Shown here piece after piece: positions 20,865 through 34,000 of a stretch of 61,141 nucleotides of DNA. The stretch covers positions 1 to 61,141 of IMG/VR virus record IMGVR_UViG_3300037963_003681; one strand, 5' to 3'. Source of the stretch: a virus. Taxonomy: Duplodnaviria; Caudoviricetes. The notes under the pieces were generated by a model that worked only from the letters and a program-made list of their open reading frames with translations, was not told where the DNA came from and ran no database searches. The first letter of the stretch is position 1; each line of letters starts with the position of its first letter. The translations under genes were made by a program, and so were the position numbers.

Positions 20865-22016
20865 CTATGGTCCAGAGTTGTCTTTAGTTGTATCTCCAGA
20901 TAATATGGTGATCGTATCAGAAATCTTTACTAAAGTAGCTATTGAATGTTGTCCTACTAATTTAGTATGTTGATATCTATTTACAACAGCATTGACCCCA
21001 GTAAATCTTACCTGTCCAGAGCCTAATTGCACTAGCAAACAATTAAAACCATTTGTAATATCAGAATTTATGCTCAAATTTACAGGGCCAGTATCAAAAT
21101 CAAATGTTATAACTTTACCATTATCGCTTTGTACAATTTCATATGTAGAAGACGTTTGCGTATTTGTCGTAGCAGAAAATCTATTTATTTGACCATCGTT
21201 AAAAGTTTGAGTTCCATTAAAAGAATTATTACCATTTAAAACAGCAAAAGATCCTGAATTATGAACAGCTATGGAACCTAAACCCAAAGTAGTTCTTTGA
21301 GTCTCAGCGTCTGGATCATTTAAAAAGTTTTTACTTGTGTTTGAAAGTGTTATGAGTTCAAAATCATTATTGGCATTAGCATATAAAATTTTGCCTGTTT
21401 CTACAGTTAAATTAGATAAATCTTGCAGGATGGCATTGTAAGCCTGTACATCTTGCCCAATAGACAAACCAGTTACAGAAATCGTCAGACTATTAGAATC
21501 TGCATCTTGATAGTTTAAGTTGATATTAGAACCTTCTGTTAATAATACATCAACTCTATCATCTACAGACTCATTAAAGTTAATTAAGTCTGAAGCCACA
21601 TGATTGTGTCCCACCAAAGTATTTGTGATAGTTACTTGATTAGAAGAATTGTTTATAGATATATCTGTACCAACACCTTCAATAAATGTTAAAGAAGAAT
21701 TGCTATTATCAATAGTAAAAGAATCTATAGAATTAGATATTACTAAAGATGCCACGCCAGAACCAGTTTCACCTTGTGGGCCAACATTACCTTGTGGGCC
21801 AACAGGTCCTACTGGGCCTTGTGGACCTATTTCACCTTGTGGGCCGGGTAATCCTGATCCTGGCGGGCCTTGAACACCAACATTAGCAGTAATGTTACTT
21901 ACAGTAGCATCACTAGTTGTAACTAATAAATGAGTAGCACTAATTTCAGATGGATCTGTAACATCTGAAACAGTTATTTTTTGTTCGGATTGTGGGTTAA
22001 TATTTAAAGTTGCCAT
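20865..22016 (-). CDS. Collagen-repeat fibre protein (383 aa)
   Basis: GXY run ([28 protein letters not shown]); [13 protein letters not shown] and QRTTLGLG fibre motifs; C-terminal SDNGKVITF...[14 protein letters not shown] domain. Confidence 0.8.
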   Translation of the reverse strand: MATLNINPQSEQKITVSDVTDPSEISATHLLVTTSDATVSNITANVGVQGPPGSGLPGPQGEIGPQGPVGPVGPQGNVGPQGETGSGVASLVISNSIDSFTIDNSNSSLTFIEGVGTDISINNSSNQVTITNTLVGHNHVASDLINFNESVDDRVDVLLTEGSNINLNYQDADSNSLTISVTGLSIGQDVQAYNAILQDLSNLTVETGKILYANANNDFELITLSNTSKNFLNDPDAETQRTTLGLGSIAVHNSGSFAVLNGNNSFNGTQTFNDGQINRFSATTNTQTSSTYEIVQSDNGKVITFDFDTGPVNLSINSDITNGFNCLLVQLGSGQVRFTGVNAVVNRYQHTKLVGQHSIATLVKISDTITILSGDTTKDNSGP

Positions 22017-22018
22017 AA

Positions 22019-25000
22019 TTAATAAACATAAGTGTAGTTATCTGTACCTGTTTCATCTGAAACCTGAATTTTAACAGTGTTATGTACTGACCAATCAATA
22101 CCATAATCAGAGCTTAAAGTTAATTTAACATCTAACATATCAGTGGTATTATTATATTGATCCTCAATAATACTACCTGTGCCAACTGTGTGTCTTAGGA
22201 ATCCACAGTAATCAAAATCGCCACCAATACCAGCCGCAATTTGAATATCTGGACTATGATTGTATAATGGCCTCTTACCACCAGAAATACTAAAGGTCAA
22301 ATCATCTCCAACTTTATTGACTGTTCCTGTGACAATAGCTATAGGCTTATTAACGTGTAGTACATGATTTGTAAAGAACTTTTTAGGTGATAAACCAACA
22401 TGTGGATATGAGACAGTATCAAATACTGGGGTATCAATATTATCCATTGTTGCAATCTTGTAGATTAAATCTTCATTTTCTCTAGTATTAGATCTACCTG
22501 TAATCTGGAATGTGTATTTACCCTCAGTATTGTATACAGTATTGTATGGCATAATTTTAATATTGTCATCAATGTTTTCGTAAACTTTAACGTAATCATT
22601 CTTATTAAATCCTTCTAGCCATCCAGTACCAGCAGCAGTATTTCCTAGATAAACTAAGTTTCCATCACCAGATGCTACAGAAACATAACCGTTGTGTTCT
22701 AGTAAATTTAAATCTGTAGATGTAAATCTGTCCTTATCCACACCTATGCTATCTCCAACAGTATAAGTAAAGTTACCACTGACCAGTAATTCATTGTTGG
22801 TTAAATCTACATCTTGAATTATAGAACGGAAATCTACTGTAGATTTGCCATTAGAAATATTAGAACCACCCAAATTAGTAACAATAGACAGATAGTCACC
22901 ATCAATATTATTAGCTGCTACTGTAATTGTATCACTGTATTGTAACTCTGGATTACCAAATGCGGGATTGGTATAGAATTCAACTTTAATCATATCTCCA
23001 ACACTAGGATTGACACCAGAAATTTTTAAGGTAGTATCACTATAAGTATAATCTGATCTAAGGCCAGTAGTAGTAGGTTTGAGTAAGTCTTTCTGGATAA
23101 TACCTGATATCTTAGGCAAAAATGTTTCCATGCTATATAAACCAGAAACAACACCATTACCAGAGTGAGAGTAAGGAATAGCTTCCCCAATTCCAGCACT
23201 TGTTGGAACATATCCCCCAACAGCTATACCTATTAATGGAGTCATAACAACACCATTAGGATCACCATCTGTTAAGCTGTTAATCACAGATACGCTATCA
23301 AAGCCGACAATATTTAAAGGAGGAAAAGTATTTTGTGTAGGCACAGTAGTAAGATTATCACCCTTATGTATCCATACGTAATCATTAGATGATTCTGGGG
23401 TTGCTAATGGATCGTAGGTTGGAAAGACATCAGAATCTTTAGATATAGTTAATTTATATACAGTACCTGATTCTCTAGATAGAGTTCTAGTATCAAAACT
23501 ACTACCAGCACCAACTGTGCCATTTTGTATAGAAACACCGGACATCATATCGATAATGTCGTAGCCAAGACTTGCACTTCTACTATTGCCTTGTATTAAT
23601 CTTTGAGATTCTGTATCTCCATATGCAAGTCTAGTAGCTAAAGCAAATCTAATACCGTTGAATGAGAAGAAATAATCTTGAGCTGGTGGGGGGTCGACTA
23701 CCTCTGCATGTATTTCTGGCACAGCGATACCAGAAATATATAATACTCCTGTTTGGTGACAATCAGACCATGATACGCTAGATGTAATATCTACATCTGA
23801 ATTAACTCTATCTATTCTCAAATCGCTGAATGAATCAAATGCCTGTAATCCAGTAAGAGAAGCTTTAAATGAAGGAAGCATAGCACCTAATAAACCACGT
23901 TTGGTATTGCCTCCACCAGCTGGTTGGTCTTTACCTTGCGTAGCTACTCCTCCACCCAATATGCAATATTGTGTACTACTAACAATATTACCCTCAAAAA
24001 ACGTATCAAAATTTGAAAGATTTAAAGATTCACTTTGACCCTTGAGTATTTGAGCATTTCCAGTAATAGGTGCAACCTGACTTGGATTTTGTAGTGATTC
24101 TGATCCAGTAATATGGATTCCCGTATCATCACTAAACAGTTTGTAGCTTCCGTCATTACCATTGTTATGTGAATCAAATGCGATATATATTTCATCACCA
24201 CTAGAAATTTGTTGGTTGGTTTGTAGATTTTCTCCTGATTGAATAATATAAATTCTTAAATCATTTGTTACCGCAGTTCCAGAAAATAGTATTTCACTAA
24301 CACCACATTTATTATGAGGCAAAACACTTCTACATGTTAATGCTTCTACAATAGTTGGAGGTCTGCCAACATCTTGACTTCTGTCTTTAATTAAAGCTAA
24401 CCCAGATTTTGGTGACACAGCAATATTTTCATCTTTAAAGTAAACCGTCATCCCAATATCAGGATCATTTGGTACTGAAGCATCTGTAAATGTAATAGTT
24501 TGAGTTGCTGTTTTATCTCTAGCATCAGTTACAGTTAACGTTAGTTTTTCTGCATATGCTCCTCCACTGGCAAAAGTTGTTGGATAACCTTCAACCTTTA
24601 GATAGCCATGACCCATATTAGAGTAAGGAGCAACCGGTGTATTGGCATTTTCTGGAAAATACTGACTATAACTCAATCCTGGTGGCACAGAACCCGAAAC
24701 AGAATAGCTCTTAATACCTGTTACATTAGTGCATAATGCTTCGCCTCCCGGTTTAAAATCTAACTGTTTTGTATAGTAAGTATTGCAGAATGGGAGCATC
24801 TTATCCATACCTACATAGTTATCATTGATAGTTATTGTTGGCGGATTTCCGTCAAAAGATCCTTCAATATAGTTAAATGCAAATGGAACTTGGTCAGTGT
24901 TAGGTAAATACGGCGATTCTGGTAATAGGCTTGTATCAGTATCTATGGCTGTAATTGTAAAGTCTTTTCTACCTAATAAAACGCAACTAGGTAGACCAGA

Positions 25001-28000
25001 GAAGTGATAGCTCCAAGAACCACCTTGATCTCCAGGATTCCATGTAGGAGCTTTAACCAGGCACTGTAATTGTGTTTCTATAAGAGGATTATAACCAGTA
25101 CAGAACGTAGGCATATCTGTAAGAATAATAGTAGGAGGATAATTAGCATGTGCTAAACCTCCAATAGTTTTAAACTGTAACTCCCATGAATCGTCACCTT
25201 GATCGACATTAATTGCACCACCGGGAGTATATCCAAGTATGCCAGTTATTTTAAGTGGTATACCATCAAGTTCGTTGCTCTCGATTTCCATAGTGCTTAA
25301 TTTAGCAACAGCTATAATTTTATCTTTACCTATACCCTTGCAGTCTACAGTTATAGTATCGCCTGTCAAATTAAATCTAGCATCATATTTATCTGTCATC
25401 GCATCAGAAGTGTATGAGTTAGTCCAAATATTTAAATGCCTATCATATTTACGCACTGTTTTATCTGTTGGTAAAGTGATACTGTTTTCTTTTAGAGATG
25501 CTGGGAATGAAATTTGATTAGACTGATTTTCATTTAAATCAAAAATATCAGCCTTAGTAAAGAATTCATTGTCAGGAGTTGTATAAACATCAGCAGAAAT
25601 ATTTTTCATTCTAGTAAATGAATCATAAGATATAGAATAGTCATCATTTGTCGTGTTACTAGAATATTCATCATCTATGTAAATAGATATTGGATACAAT
25701 CCAGTTTCCGCTATAAATCTACCTAAAGCATCTTTATTAGCTACTGCTGCTACTTTCCATTTCTTAATACCTGTTTCGTAAGTATAGGTTAAGTTGTATT
25801 GTGGAATTTCAAAGTCATATGTTCCTAGATTTGGAGCGTTAAAGATTTTTGCATTTGGAATGTTTGATGCATCGTGTTCGCAAATACCACTAACAATATA
25901 GAATTCCATAGACCAAGGTTCATTGGTAGTGAATGGTATGGTAGTAGTTTGTGGTATACCTTCGAATACTACGTTCTTATAAAATATGGTATTAAAACCG
26001 ATATTACGACTATAGGTTTGATATGTATATCCTCCAAACTCATCATAAACAGCCTGTTTAATTGAAACGCTTACAGATTGATTAACAAATCTACCTGAAT
26101 CATCTCTATATACAGGTGAATCTCCTGTGGTTTGTGGAGTTGCGGTAATATCAAATCTTTTTGTGTTGGAATTGTAGCTAGCATTATCTAAGGATATATT
26201 ATATTCAGCATCAGTATTAAATGTAATATTTAAATTATTTGTTACTTCTGATGATGTCGGACCTAATAATGCAGGTATTGAGAACTTAACCTTATCTTGT
26301 TGATCTGTATTTAAATAATAGGTAGAAGAGAAGTTATTAAATTCAACATTATATGCTGGGCGGTCTGCTATATGATCTAAGACAGATAGCACTCCTGTAA
26401 CAACACCAAGAGTAGTGTAAGGTGTTGTAGTCAAATCTTTAACTGTTAATTGTAGATTGTAGATACCTGTATTTGCACCCCTAGTATCGCCAGAGAATAC
26501 AACAGATGTAGCATCTGCATAAGCTCTAGCGTAATTACTGGAATCGGGCATATTAGCTAACTCTAAAAACAATTCATTACTCGTAAGTTTTGTATTAACA
26601 TCTAATTTAGTAATATCAAAACCAACTTCCCACATATTACCACTGGCTACATATCCTGTGGGATAGAAGCTAGTAATATTTGGAATCTTGTATTTAGAAA
26701 TCGAGATAGTTTGGTCAGCATCACCAGTAAGATCTGATGTTCTAACAATAATATCTTTATTAGTATAATCTTCTTTTGGTGGATTCCATTTTAATCCTAT
26801 GTTCCAGCCACTACCGTGCCAACCAAAACTTGCTGGTTCATTAAATTCTAATTGGTAAATACCAATACCGGACAATGAAACTTTAGGAATAGAATGCCTT
26901 GGTTTGTCGAATAAACTCAAATCTCCATTTGTAGTGGTTACTTTAAACATCACTTGATTTACATTGTCAGGTATGCTCAAACTATTATTACTTATATCAG
27001 CAAAATCATCGCTATCATTAAATCTATACTGAATACCACTAATATTAATTGGGCTAGGTAATATAGAGTACAAAGTGCTTTCTGTTTCACTTGGTCCACC
27101 TAACTTAATAGTATGTCCTGTTGGAGAAGGCTGATCTCCTTGCAGGTGTATTGTATGCTTCCATCTTTTACTGTCATTATCAAAATAATTTAAAATTTTC
27201 TTCGATGTAGACGATAATCCGTCTATATTACCTTCAGATAAAGTAAATGCATTATCTACATTAGGATTAAGATGACTTTTAATGTTTTGGGTACTATCAA
27301 TAATATATACTAACCCAGATTTATTAATCATGTCAGCATCAAATGCAGGGCTTATCGTTAAAGCATTTGGAGATATGACATCTTTAATTGGATATGATTG
27401 TGTTAAGCTGGGTGCTTCATCATCAAAATCAAAGAACATAGTCTTACCAGCAGCAACATTAGTAAATGGTGCTGTACTAATGCCAGATACAGTTACGCAT
27501 AAAGTACCTGACATACAAGTATCTGTATCAAATACTACACTATAGGTTCCTGTCTGGGCAGCAGCTACGGATGCTCCTGTATTATCAAGAGGATAGTGAG
27601 AAGTTGTGCCTCCATAAGTGTGATAATAAAGATTGTTATAATCTAACACATTAAAGAAACCAGACGTAGACTTAGTAAATTCTACAATACCTTTGTTTGG
27701 TAGTGCTTGATCATGAGCAACACCTAAAGGTGTTTTGTGTCTAAATGAATTTTCATAAACTAGATCCCAAGCTACATCACCAGGTCTAGGAGGAATAGTT
27801 CTGTCTCCTTCTATAACTATACCACTTACTATGTTTGATTCACTAGTTGCATTAAATTTACTAAGATGTTTAGACACACCACTATCGGCTATATTAACAC
27901 TATTAAATTTATCTATAATAAATTCATCCTCTTCAAGTAAGAATGACTTAATAGTATTAAATTGAGACATTTTGATGATATTACCATTAAAGAAAACTTG

Positions 28001-31000
28001 TTTATTTTTCTGATCTGAACCACAATATGTATTGTTGGTTTTAATATATGGTAACACATGATAATCTTGAGCTAATAACGATCTGTAATTAGGATCTAGT
28101 GCAGGAATGTATTGAGGTAATTTGGTATCGCAATCAACACAATCATTAGCATCAAGTGTTGGTACAGGAGTGTATACTAGTTCAGCTTCAGCAGGATTAA
28201 TATAAGGAAAATAATCTACTGTGGTATTTAGTGTTTGAGCATTTTCTAAAATATATGGTTTAATTGTTACACTATCTAATGTCTTAGCTGTTAGTAGTAG
28301 ATCGTTTTTGAAATGACTTTTCTTGCTTTTGCCAACAAAAACTTTGATCTTATCAAACCTATTAACATTAAGTGTTAGATCTAACTCACCCGTTAATCCG
28401 ACATCTAAAGAACCAGTTTTAAATACTTCTGTCTGAGCTATAGGTGTAGCACGATTTATAAGTGCTCTATATCTCTCTGTCTGCTGTTCAAAAGTAGTAT
28501 GATATACAATTAATCCTGTGTTTTGTATACCGGATATATGGTATGTCCCTTCTAATTTAATCCTGTTACTATTTTGACCAAGGTATATAAATTCTAAATA
28601 TCCAGAATTATTTGTAGTAGTTTGAATATGATGATAATAAGGATCACTAGAATGGCCAACACCACTAATTCCTGTAGCTACATTTAGGTTTGGATCACTA
28701 GAGTCTGTGCAATAATACTCTGAATATCCGATATCGTTAATTGTAGCTTGTCTAACAATTCTAGATCCTTCATACAAAGCATCAGATCCAGTAGCGAATA
28801 TAGAAGCGTGACCTATATGATTAGAGTCAAGTTTAGCCGCGATATTAGCAGAGATCACGTTGTGGTTTTTAGGTATGACACCACTAAAAATAAAGCCATC
28901 AACTAATGAATCAATCTCATATCCATACTTATCGCTATTGCTATGATTAAGCATGAGTCCCGTTTGTAATCTGTTTATTAAACTATTATCAATAGTACAA
29001 GTGCCAGCGGCATCTTTACCCTTACTCATAATACCTGTAAATATAATATCTTCTGATGAAAGTGTGGTTTCCAATGTCGCTGAAGTTTCTAACAACATAT
29101 TATCTTTATCTGGCTCTAAGTCTCTTAGTCCAGTTTTACGACCAATCATAGTATCATCAATTAAAACATTTATAGGATCTGAAGAGTACGCAAAACCTGT
29201 TGGAAAACTGACTTTAACATTATCGAATGGCTGTATAACTCCAGACTTTATTACAAAAGAAAATAATTTACTACTATGATCGTACTCAAAATTAATTTTA
29301 TCGTATATATGATTAAGATATGTTTTATTATATCTGATATCATAAATATTTTGGTGATTATTAAATAAAGAGCCGCTAAATGTTATACCATTGGTTAAAT
29401 AAGAACCCTTAATAGATTTTTCATAGTAATCAGGACGACTTGTTTCTTTCAATAGATAATTCTTATAGTCTTGAACCATCACACGATTACCTGTAACAGA
29501 CACTACGTCAAATGTATAGTCTTTAGGTCTACGATTAGCAGTAGAATCAATCACTGATGTATTGGTGTGATGCCATTTTTTACGAACGTCAACAAATTCT
29601 ACAGGTACTCTATTAATAATTGTAAACGCTTCTTCTTTATAGCCATGTCCCTTATCAACATTACCAGTGAAAGTACCTCGTCTGTTAATAGATCCATTAG
29701 CTTGAATACCACTATTTGGCATAAAGTAATTGTTTTCAATTTGAATAGTGTCTTCATCTACAATTTTAATACCTGTATATTGTGCTGCTACTGGTAAATC
29801 TAACGAGCCGATAGATGATGCAAAATTATAAGCATATACATTATTTTGTTTTCTACTATCTAAATTAATATCTTTATTAAAATTCAATGTAACAACACCG
29901 GTACCAGCCTGAGTATATACATCCACTAAACCTGTAACATAATGACCAGTACTAGCGTAGTCCGATTCAAATCCTTTAAATCCAGATACATAAGAAACTA
30001 TATTACATCCAGTTACTTGTGGATAAGCATGCTGTTTTAATCCGCTAATTGGATAATTATTATCTTCTGCTGCGTTTTCTTGATACACAATCTTTCTAGA
30101 CGCAGTACTACCTGCATATGGTTCACTGAACTTTACAAAATGTTTATTGCTACTAAAAGCAAATTGTATAAGCTTTCCCCAATTATAATAGTAATTAAAT
30201 ACATTATCTGATTGATCCACAGCAGCTTCATAAATAAGTTTAATATCACCCTGAACAGAGCCCGGTAGCACTAAACACGCATCACCAGATCTAGCAGCTA
30301 TAGCGTAGTCATGCACTATGGGATCATTATTTTCCGCAATAAAATTATCAAACTTATCAACCATTAAATTACCATTGTCTTTTACAACTCTATAACTATC
30401 AAATAGTTCATAAGCACTATTCGCTATTTCTATTCTTGTTCCGTGATCTTTTGGATCGCTTGAAATAATTCTATTACTGTTTTCTGCATTAATCATATGA
30501 TTGTCTTCAGTAAGAAAACGACAGAAATCTCCAGAACCAATACCATACAAGGCTAATACTGGATTTTCTACAGCGTCACGGAAAGCAAAAGTATCAGTAT
30601 CATATTTAATATTTGACCGTTTTAGATCACCAGTAGGAGGAGGATTAAAATTTTGTAGATTGGTTGTATTATCTACAGTGGTAGGGTCACCTGTTCTGTC
30701 TGTATAAGATACTGTAGCATTTTCAATTAAATCTCTGTCACTACAATTAGGATATCCTGATGCCCAAATAATATTAGTATTAAATGCATCTGCTATTTGG
30801 AATCTTTGCAAACCTGTTTCTGGTGGTGTGCTAAATTGACCGCTGGCTTCTGAAGTAATACCACTAACCGCACCTAGTACACTAGATTCCGTAGACATAA
30901 ACAATGGTTCAAAACCATGATGAGTAACAATGTGATGACCGTCTTGTTCAGTTAGTAGTTCTTCTGCAAAATCAGTACTTAATTCAGTTTTGAGAGTAGT

Positions 31001-34000
31001 TCTAACTTCGTCTATTGTTACAGAATAGTCGTTATATCCATTAACGGTAAACTGTCTTGGTAATGATACACTACCGGAAGCCTTAATAGTTTGTCCAGCA
31101 AAAAATGTATTATCATTATCTCTATAACTATCTACAAAATAAATACGTCCATCACTTAATCCTGGGGTACCAGACATACTAAAAGGAGCATATCTATTTG
31201 TAACAGTATAATCTGTACCATAGCCTATAATGTCAACTAAAGAAGGAAGACTTAAATAACTAGACGAACCTGTAATAGAAGATGTAGCAAAATCTTGTAC
31301 AATATTGAAACACTCTACAAAATCAGCACCATTTACTAAATTACCTGAAAAAGAATTGGAAGCAGTTTCAAACTCAAGATAAGGATTATAAGAGCCAACA
31401 CAATCAAGTGTACTGATTAAAGAACCAGATGGAAGATTTTCATCTATACTAGTACTAGATAAAACAATGTCCGTAATGTCATCATTATTGCCATCAAAGT
31501 ATTCAAAAACTTGATATTCATTGTCGGTAACTGTTAAAAAGAAATCAGCGTGAATCTTGCTATGGTTATTTTCTGCGTAAACTCTAATGTTATATGTGCC
31601 TATTTTACAACCACCGGGAGAACCACTAAATGTTCGTGTAGCGGGAGTAAAGGTTATCCATGCTGGCAAGGGATGTCCATTCTGTAATGAAGCAGAAAAA
31701 GTCAGAGACCCTTCATCGTCTTCTTCGTTGAATATATTCGCAGGAAACGTATAGTCAAGAGTTTCTGTAATATCAACAGTGTGATTTGGAATATTTATGT
31801 GACTATAAGGAGACTTTTTATCATTAACAGTGATAGTGAAATTTTTCTCAAAAGTTTTACCCGCTATATAATTTGATGCTTTAAGTCTAATATTATAAAT
31901 ATTTTTAACTTCATAGTCTAATGGGTTTATAGCTACTAAATGGAATCTATCGTTATCATTTAATATTTCAAATGAGCTGTTGTCATCATCTAAATATCCA
32001 TCAGTTAATTCGTATTTTACAGGTTGGTACGATATATCTAAAGGAGTATCTACCCCAGTAGTATATATAGTTAATTGATCATTTCCTGGATGATTTTTAA
32101 ATCTCGTATAAAAGCATCTGTGTTTATTAAATATAGTTTTATCTGATTCAAAATTACCATCTATTACTTGTTTATGTGATAAAAATACTGAACCAGAATT
32201 TGATACTAATGGCAAAGTATGTACAAACCTACCAGAAGGATAGCTGCCTCTTTTGGGAATGTTTATACCAGAAATTAGAATTGTAGTATTATCACCTCTA
32301 TATCCAGTATAATTATGATGAATTTCAAAAGTACTATAAAATTGTTCACCGTCTTGAGTAGTATCAGCAAAAATTTTGTGAGCATTAGTAAATATGCCAC
32401 TAGAATAATTTGCTCCATTTACCCCATCTAATACAGAGATGCTACGATCATCAACAACTATGTCAGCATAATCAACAAGCTCTCCTGATCGATAATTAAT
32501 GATACCTGTATAATAAGGTCTTTCTGCATAAAAAGTATCTTTACCTATCACAGAGTAAACATTATAACCTTTGTCTGCTACAGGTTGTCCTGTTACATTA
32601 GTAAATCTTAAATCTATTTTGGAACCTACTGTTAAACCGTGATTGTCAGATACAATTTCAATACCTCTGTTGGTCGTATGCATTCTAAAATTACCAGAAT
32701 ATACTGGCGTATCAATATCTAAAACTAAATCGCCTCTGTTAGTTTTATAATATGATCCTGTAACTTGTTTTAATTCTTTGGTATATATGTAATAATCTTC
32801 TCGATTTTGTACAGACAATGCGTTGCTTTGTATAGGAGGATGTGTTACTTTAACATCTTGTTGCTGTCTATCTCCATTAGTATGACTAAATGTATGGTAA
32901 TGATTTTTAATTTGAGAATTATTGAACAGTTCTCTTTTCTTGGCTTGTTGTGGATGAGTTGTTAGATTGACTATTTGTGTAAAATTATTTGAATCTCTAT
33001 AAGTAGCATTTTTAAATATACCACTCATGAACTCATACTGAGCCACACCGGTGCCAAAAGCTTTGGTAATTAATAATTCTAAATTATATGCAAAGGTTTT
33101 ATTATTTGGTATAGTTATACTTGGAGTTAAAGTTCTCCATGTATTACCAGCTTCAACACCCTGAAGATGCATTGTAATTTGACTATGTTGAGCATGTTCT
33201 AACCTAGCTAATGATGTTGGATCATTGTGATTAAAAGCACCAAATGATAATTGGTTAGGAACATAAGCATAGCCATGATCTCCTATGGCTACTGAATTGT
33301 TTGTATTAACTTTTGAATTACTATTAAGGGCTATGGAATTATTACCAGTTACCGCATTATTTGTTCCTACTACTAAATTATTATTACCATCAATTATATT
33401 TGATTGTCCTATAGAAACAGATGATGTAGCAGAAGAAACTGTTCCTGATCCAACCACCAAACTTTGATTGTCATCTAGTATGATATCTCCAGCAGGATTT
33501 TGATATACAACAGAGCTATCTATTCTACCAGCTGGATCGTTTACTCCATCATTAAATTTTGGTAGATATGTATTGGTACCTTGAATATGATCAAATGTAA
33601 CATTATTATATGAAAATGCACCAGTAATATTAGCGGCATTTCTATAGTAAGAACCGTGTTGGCTATCTAGTAAATCAGTATTTAAATTAGTAACTAATCT
33701 AGTATTGCTACTTACATCAAATGGTGGATCTGTATTAGCATTAGGATCATCTACACGAATTTGTTTTCTAAAAGTAATATTAGACGTAAAAACCTTTTGG
33801 CCTTCTATTTCTTCATCACCCTTTAATTTAACATAAAGACCATCAGCTATATTTCTTAATAATATGGTTGAACTATCACCATCTAAGTTAGATACTACAT
33901 ATACAGAATTAGCATCACCACCATTAAGATCGTCTTCATCTCCATTTCCTGTATCCGCACCTGAAGCAAATACATTTGTGACAAGTTTTAGCTCATCATT